A DNA stretch of 64,000 bases, from the NCBI GenBank assembly GCA_943788985.1, contig CALSSJ010000018.1:79093-143092 (forward strand), given 5' to 3'. Both the position numbers and the translations under genes were made by a program. Source of the DNA: an uncultured Lentisphaerales bacterium. GTDB taxonomy: Bacteria > Verrucomicrobiota > Lentisphaeria > JABSQK01 > UBA12247. The notes below the pieces were generated by a model, which was not told where the DNA came from, made no database searches, and worked only from the letters and a program-made list of their open reading frames with translations. Below are positions 40,101 to 55,100 of this stretch, one piece after another. Numbering within the stretch: the stretch's first letter is position 1; each line of letters begins with the position of its first letter.

Positions 40101-43100
40101 ATCGCACCGGTGGCACCTCCGAACGGACTGGTTCGAGCGAGGGTATTACCAGTGGCCGTACCGTTGATGATGTTCGTCCAGACGATTGCTTCACCCAGAT
40201 TGTGGTACACGCCATAGTCGCCGGTTGTCAGCGGGCTCGGGGTCACCCAGCCTTCGAGTGCGGCGTACCCGGCGGGCGGGATTGCCGTCGTGCCTGGATG
40301 CAGGCGGACATCGCCAATCTCCGGCGCGCTATTCCCCTGGCTGTTGAGGATGGTCATGACAAAGATGCTCGTGGAGGTCCAGCGACCGGACAGGTCATTG
40401 CCGAAAACTTCGACAGTATCGTCAGCACTCTTAAAGGTAAACAACCCATTTATGTCGTTGTTGGGCTGGTCTACGAGACCACCGGGCGTTGTCGTAGCCT
40501 TGTTAAACAGGACGGTGATTTCGTCGCCAACGCTTAGGAGGTTTGCCACGCCGTCAGCATCATCTGGGTCGTCGATGGTGACAGAGGTAATTTCAGGCGG
40601 GATCGCTAAAGCGGGATTGTTGATGCGGACTTCGGTAATCTCACCACTCGCGGTGAAGATCATGGCGTAAACTTCCAGCGGATAGGCTGCTTCGTCCAAC
40701 TGCTCTGTAAACCGAACTTCGTCGTTGACCTCAAACGTCACCGCACCGGAGGCAATCCTAATGCGAACGACATCATCATGGCGAACGGTGCCAAATGCAC
40801 CACGACCTAGTCCGCGGATCTTGGGCACGAACAAAAGGTGACGCTCGGAAAAGTCTAGGCTGTACGTGAATGCGGGCTGGCCCACGGTCCGAAAGCCGAT
40901 GTGGAATAGCTGATCAGTGTCCGCGATGCGGAATTCCAGGAACGTGTCACCACTCAGGATCACCTGTGAGCTGTCACCCTCGGCGTCGAAAAGGTCGGCG
41001 GTCCCAGTCTTGCGAATGGTTCCGTTTCCGCCATCCACAGCGTTTGTCAGGTTCTCCCACGTGACGGGAACGCCGGGCTCTTTAAAGATCCCAAAATCGC
41101 CAATGAGAGTGACATCACCATAGGCTGGTGTTGCGTGCCCGCTGGTGTTTGCAGCATTGAGGATAGGCGTGTTACCAGCGACGGCGAACTTTGTGGAATC
41201 CAGAACTAGCTGATTTCCGGTGATGTCCTGAAGTGTGATCGAAAAGACCGATGCATTGGTCCATGACCCGGTGTAGTCTGCGCCTAGCACGTTCCCGGCC
41301 CGGGCTCCGTCGGTAAACGAGGTAAACAGCTGATCTATTGCTGGTCGAAGCTGAACACTGTTGAGTCCACCTGGCGTGTTGGTCCCCTCGCTCATGCGCA
41401 ATGAAATGGTATCCTCGGCGTCGACGGAGCCGTCATCATCACTGTCATCGTTTGCCGTCGCCGCGACGAGCGTGGGCGGATACAAAAGTAGCTCGGAGTC
41501 GTAGCGAACGTTGGACAGGGTGCCATTCTGGATGGACGCCCCTACATAGAGCGGACGCTCGGTGATTGGGAGGGCCACTTCTGATGTATGGAAGATAGTG
41601 TCATTGCGCAGGTAGTGGACTGCTGTTCCCCGCACTTGGATGCAGAACACGTCTCCAGCCACATGGAGCCCCTCGTAAGGCCCGCTTGGCGGAATTGTCA
41701 CGATCAGCTCGGGCGCGACGCGCTCTCGAATCCAATATTGACTCTGCCCGACTGTAATCGCAAACATGATCTGGTCCGGGTGTGAGACGTCATCGGTATT
41801 GGTGATGCCTAGGATCGCTGCTGCCAGAGAATCGTCTGTGCGACCATTGACCTCAAAGTCATCTTCCACCGTGAAGGCAATCGTAAAATCCCCCTCGCGG
41901 AAGACTTCGCTCGAAGTGGCACCTGAGAGAACGTTCGGCACTACATCCGCAGCGCTCACATCACTGTTATTGGGCCCGCCAGTGACCATCTGGCGCAGGT
42001 TGGTCCAGGTAACTGGGACAGTGCTCGGTTTGGTCGTACCGAAGCGTCCTGTCAGCGGTGGGCTGACCTCATTCGCCACAGCGCTGGTATCCGTAGCATC
42101 ACGAATCCCGATGCCGCCGAGATTGGGCGTTACAGTGGTGGAGCCGATGGCAACCGCAGCCCCGCTAGTGTCTGAGACTGTGGCGCAATAGATGCTTGAG
42201 TTAAGCCACGCGCCAGTGAGGGATCCCACCGAGTCACTGAACTGGAAGAGCTGCGCGGCTGTGCCCGCAGGCCGGCTAGTGGCCTTATTAAAGGTGATCG
42301 TAAACTTGTCCCCAATTGAGAAGAAGTTGTCACTCTCATCGGGATCCTGAATATTGAAGCCGGTAATGTACGGGCTGGCTGGCACTTCTGGACAGGTAAG
42401 CACGTTCGAGAGAGTTGCGCCATCCTGTTGCAGACCCGCCTCTATGCGGAAGGGGTAATCGTCCCGCGATACCGGACGGCCGGATGTCGCGAAGACTGTG
42501 CCGTTCAATTTGTAGACGACAGTGGAGCCCACTATGGCCACTTCAACCTCGTCGCCGGCCTGATAAGTCACCGTGTTCCCCTTGAACTCCAGGATCCCAT
42601 CGCGGAGTGTGTTCAGATAGCCACCGCTGCGAATCCAAACCCCGTAGATGAACTCGTCGATGCGGTTATCTCGGTTGTAGACGTCGCCGAATCCCAAAAG
42701 TCGGTCGGTGTCTGTCTCGATGATAGTAGTCCGCACAAAGCAGTCGTCGCCCGCAATTTCCTGCACTGATATGGCGGCTCCCGTCCAGCCAAAATGCGGC
42801 TCCTTGCGGATATCATGGATAAGCTCACTGCCCGACGGATTCGTGACATTTATCAGATCGGTCCAGATCACGCCGACGGTGTCACCAGTTCCAGCCGCCT
42901 GCACAATAATGGTGAGCAGACTGCTATCAGTGGTTGTGCCATCACTGACAACCACGTAGACCGTATAAGTTTGTGCGTCTCCAGCCTGCGGCGCCCATTC
43001 GAAGGCACCACCCGCTGTAATTGTCGGCGATGTTGCACTTGGTGCAGAAGGAGCGAAAGTGCTCAGGCTGAAGACCAACGTATCGGTTGGATCATCACTG

Positions 43101-46100
43101 TCCGTGGCGTTCGCCGCAAAATTCAGAGATGTTCCTTCGTTCACGTACTTCGGCGTACCGATATTGGACAAGATTGGCGCGCTGTTCACGTCACCGACTG
43201 TGATTGCGATCGTCTCGTCGTCGGTAGCCCCTTCCGAGTCGGTTACTGTCACAGTCATGTTGTAGACATTTCCGCCCTGCGCCTCGGTCGGTGTCCAGCT
43301 GAATGCGCCGGTGGTCGGATCGATCTTTGCCTCCAGCGCCGTAGATGCCGCATCAAGACGGAAAGTAAGCGCTTGTGCCGGAAGGTCCGGATCGGCGGCA
43401 GTGGCAGTAAAGGACAACTCGGTAGTTTCGTCTACGGCCTGGGGTCCAATCGCGCTGAGGACGGGGGCCTCATTTACCTCAAACACGGTCACAGTGACGG
43501 TGATGATCGTCGTCTGGGCCTGGTCATCCGTGATCTGAATGGTCAGGCTGAAGTCCTGCGTGCCCTCATAGAAAGCCAGCGGCTGTGCGGCCGTCAGGGT
43601 GCCAGCACTATCGATCGAGAATGCACTGCCAGTATTTCCGGCGATGAACTGGAAGGAGCTGATGCTGCGCTCATCACTGGCCTGAACAATACCAAGCGGG
43701 TTAAAAGCGCCCGAAATTGCGTCTTCGAACGCAGTGAAGGCCTGGTCGGCTGCAATTGGCGGTTCTAGCAAGTCCAGCAGGGAGATAGTCACGTCTGCAG
43801 TGTCAGTGAGGCCGCCGGCGTCCGTCGCCAGCAGGCGCAGCGTGTAGGTGGTGGTGGACTCGAAATCCAGAAGCGCGGAGTCGGCGACTGAGAAGACAAA
43901 AGTCGTTGGATCAAGGATGAACGCGCCGCCGGCATTGCCGCTGGATACCGTGAGCACAAAGCTATCATTCGCATCCGGATCGCTCGCCACTGTGGTACCG
44001 AAAATAGTGCCAGTGGCCTGATTTTCGTTGAGCGTGAACGCTTGATCAGCGACGCTTGGGGCCTCGTTGGCATCCGTGAGGGTGATGGTCAGGAGAGCTG
44101 TATCAGACAAAATGCTGTCGCTGACGCGAGCGTTTAGCGTAAAGCTCGACGACACCTCGAAGTCCAGTGCAGTCGCAGTTTGAACCCGCAGGTAAGCGGT
44201 CCTTGAGTCGCCAGTAGCATAGTCCAAAGTGAATGGCGTGGTATTGGGGTCAAAGATGAAACTGAGCGTATCCGCGGCGTCCTGATCCGATGCGTCCACA
44301 GTGCCCACGATCGTGCCATTCGCAGAGTTCTCGGTGACCGTGAAGGACTGGTCTGCGAACACTGGCGGATCGTTTGCATCTAGGATTTGGATACAGATCT
44401 CGCCTTCGTCCAGATTCTCAAAGTAGACGGCACCCGCGTCCTCATCTGCGATCGCAGGCAGGTTACTGTTATTGGCAAAAGGTGCTGAGACGATCAGCTC
44501 GCTGCCCTGCAGATCCAAGGCTGCCCCATAGGCATCCCCGGTTTCAGCGTCGCCAGCTTGTTCTACAGATTCGGGAAGCCATTCGCCATCGCGGCGCTCG
44601 AAGATAAACACTGCACCAGAGTCCGTGGCGCCGGAATCGTGGCCAGTTGCACCGACCGCTACGATGTCGCCAGAGATCGCTACATCGCCCCCGAAGCGGT
44701 CGCCAGCGGCAACACCCGCTCCGGCAAGTGTTTGCTGTAGATTCCACTCACCCTCCTCCAGTTCAAAGATATAGGCACTGCCAGCATCCGCACCGGTACT
44801 GTCTGCTGTCGGGGCGCCAGCGACCACGATGTCGCCTTCGATTGCCACGGACGCACCCATTGCGTCACTTGCCTCACCGTCTGAAGCCACCAGCTTTGCT
44901 TCCTCACTCCAGCGACCACCGGTCAGCTCAAATACATATACTGCGCCAGCATTGGCGCTGGCCTGATCGTCGCCGGACGCCCCGACCGCGATCCGGGTAC
45001 CGTCAATATCAACGCTGATACCAAAATAATCTGCGGGGTTGAAGTCAGTAGCGAACAGGACCTGCGTAAGGTCCCAGTTAGCCCCGGTCCGGTCGAAAAC
45101 CATGACCGCACCGACGTTATTGACCAGATCGCCATCAAAAACTGGGACGCCGACCACTGCCGTATCGCCATCCAGTGCCACGGATGTGCCGAAGAAGTCA
45201 CCACCCTCACGCACACTCGCGGTCAAACGAGCCTGCTGGATCCAGGAGTCGCCGTCCTTGACGTACACGTATGCCGCACCACGCTGGCCGTCGTGGTTCT
45301 CAGCCCCCACAAGGACGGTTCCATTGCTGACTGCTACGGAGACACCGAAGTGGTCGAGCGCTTCGCCATCACTAGCGACAACCTTCGCTTCCTGACGCCA
45401 GCCAAAGTTGTCGCGCCGGAAAATGTAGGCTGCACCTGCTTCGCTCCCATTGTCATCATCCCGTTGGGCGCCGACGACCACTAGATCACCGTGAATGGCC
45501 ACCGAAGTGCCGAAGAGCTGCTCGAAGAGTTCATCGCAGGGTACGAGCGTCTGCTCAATATAGCTGGGATTGTTCTCTGCCGATCCGTCAGTCGCGAGCA
45601 CCGCCAGTTTCAGTAGATCCGCTGCCTCATGATCGATGAGCGTATCATCAAGAACGCGGACAACTCCGTTTGCATCGATCTCAAATGCGCCTGCGCCAGA
45701 CCCACCCGCGACGCCACCGCGGAGCGCATAACTCAGCGTGCTGTGATCGGGATCCGGATCGATCCCAACGACCGTCCCGACAATGGTTCCGATGGCCGCG
45801 TTCTCGGCCACGGTGAAGGTATGCGCAGCAACCTGCGGGATCGTCCCGATGCTGGTCGAAATGACGGTAGTGTCAGTATCGACAGCCGTCGCGATGCCGT
45901 CGTCCAAGGTGACAGTGAGCGTGCTGACCTCCGTTTGGGTAACGTCCACTCTATCCTCGGCTGGGTCAAACGTCAGAGTCTGCAGCAATTCGCCAATCGC
46001 ATCGCGATTTCCTGAGGCCGTGTACGTCCCGGTATCGACTCCGGTTTCGATCAGATGCTGCCAGTTTGTCGTCAGAATCATGGCTCGGACGGGGTCGCCG

Positions 46101-49100
46101 CCATTGTTACCCGGATCAATGACCGGATTTAACTCAGCGCTGAACTCGGTGGTGGCATCAATGGCTTCGGCCACGCTGAAGGCACAAGTCACGCCGCTGG
46201 TGATATTGATGGTGAGCACTCTGGTCCCAGCATCCCACACTACATCGACACCGCCGTCGCCCCGGGTATCCAGAATATGTACCTGGAAGCCGTCGAACGC
46301 ATCCGTGGGTGTGGTCACCCAAAGGTCGATCTCATCATCATCTTCCTTGCCGGGAATCGTCAGGCGATGTTGCAGTTCACCCTTATCTACGTCGTCGAGC
46401 ACCAAGCTAAGACTTAGCGTCTGCGCTGGCGTAATCACGCGAGCGCCGCGGCAATAGCTGGGATTGCCGAAGTGGTTATCCGCATCGAAAATCAGCGTGT
46501 TCTCAAAGGGCTTGAGGAACTTGTTGTCATCCACGGTTTGGTTTGCAATGGTGCCGGTCAGTTCGGGCGAATCGTTGATCGATAAGGTGCGGACGATTAC
46601 ATCGCTCGTTTGAGCACCCTCTGGCTCGCCGACCGCTGGCACACTGTCAGTGACTGAAACGGTAAAAGTCGTGATGTCGATGCTGGTCGGGAAGATTCTG
46701 TTCTGGATCGGGGTAAACACTAAGCCGCGAACTGCAGCCGTGGCTTCGCTGCGATCACCGCTAAACACGTATCGCCGTATTGTGCTCTCTTCTGGCGTCT
46801 CGTCGTCATAAACCAAGAGCGAATAGGTATTCGGCTCTCCCGCGAAGACTGGGATCCCCGGCGTAGTCTGTCCGCGGCTGAGATTGGTGATCCCAAGAAC
46901 GACCGTCTCGCGACCCTCGACAAGCGCATCATCCAGGACCTCGATCGTCACAAGCTGGGCATCACCGTCACTGGCACCACAGGGGAAGACAATCAGAGTA
47001 TCCGTGAACGCGGTGTAATCGGCCCCGCTGGTCGCCGTCCCATTCAACGTGTCAACTATGTGGAGGTGCAGCGCCGACTGTAGCGTGCCTCCGCTGGGGA
47101 TGGTGAGCTTTGCTTTCACAGGCCACCTCGTATCTGTCTCGCCGATACGATCGAAAGGCGCTTCAAAGCTAACAAAGGCACCATCGTCATCGGTAATCGA
47201 GACCACGTGCTCGCGGATTCCGCCGCGTACACCTCTGTCCACAGCAGTGATCCGCAGGCGAACGGTCTCATTCCCCTCTGTATTCCCATCGTCGATTGGA
47301 TCAATAGTGACCACTTGTGTACTTCCTGCGGCGGCACCAGCAGGGAAGACTATCGCCAGAGTATGGGTGTAGTCCGACCCGTCTGTTGCCGAGCCGCCGA
47401 CCACTTCGACCGTCGCCGTGATCGGATTCGGAATGATGCCGGTGCCGTGAAGCCGAATCGGTACCTGATGGGCCGCTTCTTCGTCTGTCGTGCTACTCTT
47501 GTACTCATCAAACGTAACGTGTGTGGAGATCTCCCGGAAACCGTTCAACGTCGTGAACCTGCCCTTGAAGCAGCTGTCGATGGTCACACTCACGGTCAAC
47601 GTGTCAAGTGGATCGCCGTTGTCCCCGCCAGAGGTGACCTCGTCCACGTCCCAAATCGTCATACCAGTAAAAGGTTGAGCGGTGCTCGGTGCCACACTTG
47701 GATCATCATTGATATCCCAGATGGTCGTCGCGCCCAGCGCGATCGTAGGCTCGTCGTTTACTGCAGTGACGGTGAGGTTCACATCCTCGATCGCGCTGGA
47801 GAATGGCGAAGTGTCGCCGGTTCCAAAGGAGCTGATATCCACCTTGGTCCCCTCCAACCCGTCGGTGGGACAATGCTGATCCCAGGCGCGCACCTGTAGC
47901 TGAGCGGCCGTGCCGTTGTCACTTGCTGGCAAGAAGCGGATCTTGTCTACCGGTCGCAGCAGCAGCGCGCTGTTTGCGTTAACAGTGCCAATGGCCGACC
48001 AAGTGACTCCGTTATCGGTTGAGAATTCGAACTGGCCGAAGCCGCCATAGGTTGCTGAATCCGCCACGTCCCGCTCTTCACCGCTATCATGCAAATGCAC
48101 GATATCGCTGGCGATGATCGCAAGACCTTCTAGCGAGCCGGGATCGACGTCGGTAATCGCATCGCCACCATTTGCAGAGCTGCTCTCGATAATCGCACTG
48201 ACGAAGTCACCGTTGTTAGTGGTTGAATTCTCATCGATCGTCACCATGTCGAAGACGTTATCGTCAACCAAGCTGGGTGCGGAGTTGACGCCAAAACCAA
48301 ACAAAACATCGACCGTTGCGCCGGGTGTCAGCCCGTTTACGGCGACGGGACTGGGAGCTGTCGTGAGCACTCGGCAAGTAATCGCGGCGCTGGCGACGGT
48401 GTAGTTGCCTGGGGCAAGTCCAGTGAATTCATACGTCCCGTCTGCGATGCTGACGGTGGGCGTCGTGTTGCCGTCCGCGAGGCGCTCCAAAGTGACCGTG
48501 ATGCCGGGTAGCCCAGGTTCGCCGACAGGAGAGCCGTCACCATTGAGGTCATCAAAAACCTTGCCTCGGATTGTGCCGGGAAGGAACCCGGTGTTCAGGA
48601 TGAGGTAGGTCCGGTCAGTGCCCGGCTCAGTATTCGGCAGCGCATTGCCAGCTAGGTCGGTGATGTTTTGCCCGCCTGCCAGATCGAGACCTACGGTGCC
48701 GTCCAGCCCGGCGAGGTCGCCGCCAGAAACGGTAACGTCGTAGACGGCGGCCGAGACCTGGTTCACGTTGGATACGGTCGCGGTGGTTCCACTGACAGCG
48801 AAGTCCGCTGGATCAACGCTGGCGACATCCTCGCTGAAGGTGACGCGAAATACCAGTGTATCTGCATTGGTTGGCGACGTGGCCGGGTTATTGCGCTCGA
48901 AGCTGGTAGTGCTGGGTGCCGCAGTGTCAATGGTCACATTCAGGGCATTCGAGGCGGCGCTGGTGTTACCAGCGTCGTCTGTAGACTCGGCAGTGAACGC
49001 ATATGTGCCGGGAGCGAGATCACTGCTGGGCGTAAACGTTGCCACACCGCCACCATCCGCGGTGGTCGTTCCCTGTGAAACGCCATCAATAAACCATTCC

Positions 49101-52100
49101 ACGGTCGCCCCAGGTTCGGTGCTGATTTCAATGGTTGGGGTGGTGTCGTTGGTGATATCGTCGCTATCGGAAGTGCCGGTATCAGACGCCGCCTGTAGAT
49201 CGGCAACTGGCGTGTTGGGTGCGCTGTTGTCGACCAGATAAGTCTGGTCCGTGCCCGGCTCAGTATTCGGCAGCGCATTGCCAGCTAGGTCGGTGATGTT
49301 TTGCCCGCCTGCCAGATTGAGACCCACGGTGCCATCCAGCCCGGCGAGGTCGCCGCCAGAAACGGTAACGTCGTAGACATCGGCCGAGACCTGGTTCACG
49401 TTGGATACGGTCGCGGTGGTTCCACTGACAGCGAAGTCCGCTAGGTCAATGCTGGCGACATCCTCGCTGAAGGTGACGCGAAATACCAGTGTATCTGCAT
49501 TGGTTGGCGACGTGGCCGGGGTATTGCGCTCGAAGCTGGTAGTGCTGGGTGCGCTGTTGTCGACCAGATAAGTCTGGTCTGTGCCCGGCTCAGTATTCGG
49601 CAGCGCATTGCCAGCCAGGTCGGTGATGTTTTGCCCGCCTGCCAGATCGATACCCACGGTGCCGTCCAGCCCGGCGAGGTCGCCGCCCGAAACGGTCACG
49701 TCGTAGACATCGGCCGAGACCTGGTTCACGTTGGATACGGTCGCGGTGGTTCCACTGACAGCGAAGTCCGCTGGATCAACGCTGGCGACATCCTCGCTGA
49801 AGGTGACGCGAAATACCAGCGTATCTGCATTGGTTGGCGACGTGGCCGGGGTATTGCGCTCGAAGCTGGTAGTGCTGGGTGCCGCAGTGTCAATGGTCAC
49901 ATTCAGGGCATTCGAGGCGGCGCTGGTGTTACCAGCGTCGTCGGTAGACTGGGCAGTGAACGCATATGTGCCGGGAGCGAGATCACTGCTGGGCGTAAAC
50001 GTTGCCACACCGCCACCATCCGCGGTGGTCGTTCCCTGTGAAACGCCATCAATAAACCATTCCACGGTCGCCCCAGGTTCGGTGCTGATTTCAATGGTTG
50101 GGGTGGTGTCGTTGGTGATATCGTCGCTATCGGAAGTGCCGGTATCAGACGCCGCCTGTAGATCGGCAACTGGCGTGTTGGGTGCGCTGTTGTCGACCAG
50201 ATAAGTCTGGTCCGTGCCCGGCTCAGTATTCGGCAGCGCATTGCCAGCTAGGTCGGTGATGTTTTGCCCGCCTGCCAGATTGAGACCCACGGTGCCATCC
50301 AGCCCGGCGAGGTCGCCGCCAGAAACGGTAACGTCGTAGACATCGGCCGAGACCTGGTTCACGTTGGATACGGTCGCGGTGGTTCCACTGACAGCGAAGT
50401 CCGCTAGGTCAATGCTGGCGACATCCTCGCTGAAGGTGACGCGAAATACCAGCGTATCTGCATTGGTTGGCGACGTGGCCGGGGTATTGCGCTCGAAGCT
50501 GGTAGTGCTGGGTGCCGCAGTGTCAATGGTCACATTCAGGGCATTCGAGGCGGCGCTGGTGTTACCAGCGTCGTCGGTAGACTGGGCAGTGAACGCATAT
50601 GTGCCGGGAGCGAGATCACTGCTGGGCGTAAACGTTGCCACACCGCCACCATCCGCGGTGGTCGTTCCCTGTGAAACGCCATCAATAAACCATTCCACGG
50701 TCGCCCCAGGTTCGGTGCTGATTTCAATGGTTGGGGTGGTGTCGTTGGTGATATCGTCGCTATCGGAAGTGCCGGTATCAGACGCCGCCTGTAGATCGGC
50801 AACTGGCGTGCTGGGTGCGCTGTTGTCGACCAGATAAGTCTGGTCCGTGCCCGGCTCAGTATTCGGCAGCGCATTGCCAGCTAGGTCGGTGATGTTTTGC
50901 CCGCCTGCCAGATCGAGACCCACGGTGCCGTCCAGCCCGGCGAGGTCGCCGCCAGAAACGGTAACGTCGTAGACATCGGCCGAGACCTGGTTCACGTTGG
51001 ATACGGTCGCGGTGGTTCCACTGACAGCGAAGTCCGCTGGATCAACGCTGGCGACATCCTCGCTGAAGGTGACGCGAAATACCAGCGTATCTGCATTGGT
51101 TGGCGACGTGGCCGGGGTATTGCGCTCGAAGCTGGTAGTGCTGGGTGCCGCAGTGTCAATGGTCACATTCAGGGCATTCGAGGCGGCGCTGGTGTTACCA
51201 GCGTCGTCGGTAGACTGGGCAGTGAACGCATATGTGCCGGGAGCGAGATCACTGCTGGGCGTAAACGTTGCCACACCGCCACCATCCGCGGTGGTCGTTC
51301 CCTGTGAAACGCCATCAATAAACCATTCCACGGTCGCCCCAGGTTCGGTGCTGATTTCAATGGTTGGGGTGGTGTCGTTGGTGATATCGTCGCTATCGGA
51401 AGTGCCGGTATCAGACGCCGCCTGTAGATCGGCAACTGGCGTGCTGGGTGCGCTGTTGTCGACCAGATAAGTCTGGTCCGTGCCCGGCTCAGTATTCGGC
51501 AGCGCATTGCCAGCTAGGTCGGTGATGTTTTGCCCGCCTGCCAGATCGAGACCCACGGTGCCGTCCAGCCCGGCGAGGTCGCCGCCAGAAACGGTAACGT
51601 CGTAGACGGCGGCCGAGACCTGGTTTACGTTGGATACGGTCGCGGTGGTTGCACTGACAGCGAAGTCCGCTAGGTCAACGCTGGCGACATCCTCGCTGAA
51701 GGTGACGCGAAATACCAGTGTATCTGCATTGGTTGGCGACGTGGCCGGGGTATTGCGCTCGAAGCTGGTAGTGCTGGGTGCCGCAGTGTCAATGGTCACA
51801 TTCAGGGCATTCGAGGCGGCGCTGGTGTTACCAGCGTCGTCGGTAGACTGGGCGGTGAACGCATATGTGCCGGGAGCGAGATCACTGCTGGGCGTAAACG
51901 TTGCCACACCGCCACCATCCGCGGTGGTCGTTCCCTGTGAAACGCCATCAATAAACCATTCCACGGTCGCCCCAGGTTCGGTGCTGATTTCAATAGTTGG
52001 GGTGGTGTCGTTGGTGATATCGTCGCTATCGGAAGTGCCGGTATCAGACGCCGCCTGTAGATCGGCAACTGGCGTGCTGGGTGCGCTGTTGTCGACCAGA

Positions 52101-55100
52101 TAAGTCTGGTCCGTGCCCGGCTCAGTATTCGGCAGCGCATTGCCAGCTAGGTCGGTGATGTTTTGCCCGCCTGCCAGATCGAGACCCACGGTGCCGTCCA
52201 GCCCGGCGAGGTCGCCGCCAGAAACGGTAACGTCGTAGACGGCGGCCGAGACCTGGTTTACGTTGGATACGGTCGCGGTGGTTGCACTGACAGCGAAGTC
52301 CGCTAGGTCAACGCTGGCGACATCCTCGCTGAAGGTGACGCGAAATACCAGTGTATCTGCATTGGTTGGCGACGTGGCCGGGGTATTGCGCTCGAAGCTG
52401 GTAGTGCTGGGTGCCGCAGTGTCAATGGTCACATTCAGGGCATTCGAGGCGGCGCTGGTGTTACCAGCGTCGTCGGTAGACTGGGCGGTGAACGCATATG
52501 TGCCGGGAGCGAGATCACTGCTGGGCGTAAACGTTGCCACACCGCCACCATCCGCGGTGGTCGTTCCCTGTGAAACGCCATCAATAAACCATTCCACGGT
52601 CGCCCCAGGTTCGGTGCTGATTTCAATAGTTGGGGTGGTGTCGTTGGTGATATCGTCGCTATCGGAAGTGCCGGTATCAGACGCCGCCTGTAGATCGGCA
52701 ACTGGCGTGCTGGGTGCGCTGTTGTCGACCAGATAAGTCTGGTCCGTGCCCGGCTCAGTATTCGGCAGCGCATTGCCAGCTAGGTCGGTGATGTTTTGCC
52801 CGCCTGCCAGATTGAGACCCACGGTGCCATCCAGCCCGGCGAGGTCGCCGCCAGAAACGGTAACGTCGTAGACGGCGGCCGAGACCTGGTTTACGTTGGA
52901 TACGGTCGCGGTGGTTGCACTGACAGCGAAGTCCGCTGGATCAACGCTGGCGACATCCTCGCTGAAGGTGACGCGAAATACCAGTGTATCTGCATTGGTT
53001 GGCGACGTGGCCGGGGTATTGCGCTCGAAGCTGGTAGTGCTGGGTGCCGCAGTGTCAATGGTCACATTCAGGGCATTCGAGGCGGCGCTGGTGTTACCAG
53101 CGTCGTCGGTAGACTGGGCGGTGAACGCATATGTGCCGGGAGCGAGATCACTGCTGGGCGTAAACGTTGCCACACCGCCACCATCCGCGGTGGTCGTTCC
53201 CTGTGAAACGCCATCAATAAACCATTCCACGGTCGCCCCAGGTTCGGTGCTGATTTCAATAGTTGGGGTGGTGTCGTTGGTGATATCGTCGCTATCGGAA
53301 GTGCCGGTATCAGACGCCGCCTGTAGATCGGCAACTGGCGTGCTGGGTGCGCTGTTGTCGACCAGATAAGTCTGGTCCGTGCCCGGCTCAGTATTCGGCA
53401 GCGCATTGCCAGCTAGGTCGGTGATGTTTTGCCCGCCTGCCAGATTGAGACCCACGGTGCCATCCAGCCCGGCGAGGTCGCCGCCAGAAACGGTAACGTC
53501 GTAGACATCGGCCGAGACCTGGTTCACGTTGGATACGGTCGCGGTGGTTGCACTGACAGCGAAGTCCGCTAGGTCAACGCTGGCGACATCCTCGCTGAAG
53601 GTGACGCGAAATACCAGTGTATCTGCATTGGTTGGCGACGTGGCCGGGGTATTGCGCTCGAAGCTGGTAGTGCTGGGTGCCGCAGTGTCAATGGTCACAT
53701 TCAGGGCATTCGAGGCGGCGCTGGTGTTACCAGCGTCGTCGGTAGACTGGGCGGTGAACGCATATGTGCCGGGAGCGAGATCACTGCTGGGCGTAAACGT
53801 TGCCACACCGCCACCATCCGCGGTGGTCGTTCCCTGTGAAACGCCATCAATAAACCATTCCACGGTCGCCCCAGGTTCGGTGCTGATTTCAATAGTTGGG
53901 GTGGTGTCGTTGGTGATATCGTCGCTATCGGAAGTGCCGGTATCAGACGCCGCCTGTAGATCGGCAACTGGCGTGCTGGGTGCGCTGTTGTCGACCAGAT
54001 AAGTCTGGTCCGTGCCCGGCTCAGTATTCGGCAGCGCATTGCCAGCTAGGTCGGTGATGTTTTGCCCGCCTGCCAGATTGAGACCCACGGTGCCATCCAG
54101 CCCGGCGAGGTCGCCGCCAGAAACGGTAACGTCGTAGACGGCGGCCGAGACCTGGTTTACGTTGGATACGGTCGCGGTGGTTGCACTGACAGCGAAGTCC
54201 GCTAGGTCAACGCTGGCGACATCCTCGCTGAAGGTGACGCGAAATACCAGTGTATCTGCATTGGTTGGCGACGTGGCCGGGGTATTGCGCTCGAAGCTGG
54301 TAGTGCTGGGTGCCGCAGTGTCAATGGTCACATTCAGGGCATTCGAGGCGGCGCTGGTGTTACCAGCGTCGTCGGTAGACTGGGCAGTGAACGCATATGT
54401 GCCGGGAGCGAGATCACTGCTGGGCGTAAACGTTGCCACACCGCCACCATCCGCGGTGGTCGTTCCCTGTGAAACGCCATCAATAAACCATTCCACGGTC
54501 GCCCCAGGTTCGGTGCTGATTTCAATGGTTGGGGTGGTGTCGTTGGTGATATCGTCGCTATCGGAAGTGCCGGTATCAGACGCCGCCTGTAGATCGGCAA
54601 CTGGCGTGCTGGGTGCGCTGTTGTCGACCAGATAAGTCTGGTCCGTGCCCGGCTCAGTATTCGGCAGCGCATTGCCAGCTAGGTCGGTGATGTTTTGCCC
54701 GCCTGCCAGATTGAGACCCACGGTGCCATCCAGCCCGGCGAGGTCGCCGCCAGAAACGGTAACGTCGTAGACGGCGGCCGAGACCTGGTTTACGTTGGAT
54801 ACGGTCGCGGTGGTTGCACTGACAGCGAAGTCCGCTAGGTCAACGCTGGCGACATCCTCGCTGAAGGTGACGCGAAATACCAGCGTATCTGCATTGGTTG
54901 GCGACGTGGCCGGGGTATTGCGCTCGAAGCTGGTAGTGCTGGGTGCCGCAGTGTCAATGGTCACATTCAGGGCATTCGAGGCGGCGCTGGTGTTACCAGC
55001 GTCGTCGGTAGACTGGGCGGTGAACGCATATGTGCCGGGAGCGAGATCACTGCTGGGCGTAAACGTTGCCACACCGCCACCATCCGCGGTGGTCGTTCCC

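Noticed and set aside
41900..41960. VLSGATS in the adhesin as an ApbE flavinylation site
   Set aside because: It corresponds to the GA.S position of the repeated domain, lacks the Dxx spacing, and is not conserved as SGAT in the other copies.
37145..48600. Diversity-generating retroelement acting on the adhesin tip
   Set aside because: No reverse transcriptase, and no template/variable repeat pair differing at adenines was seen.
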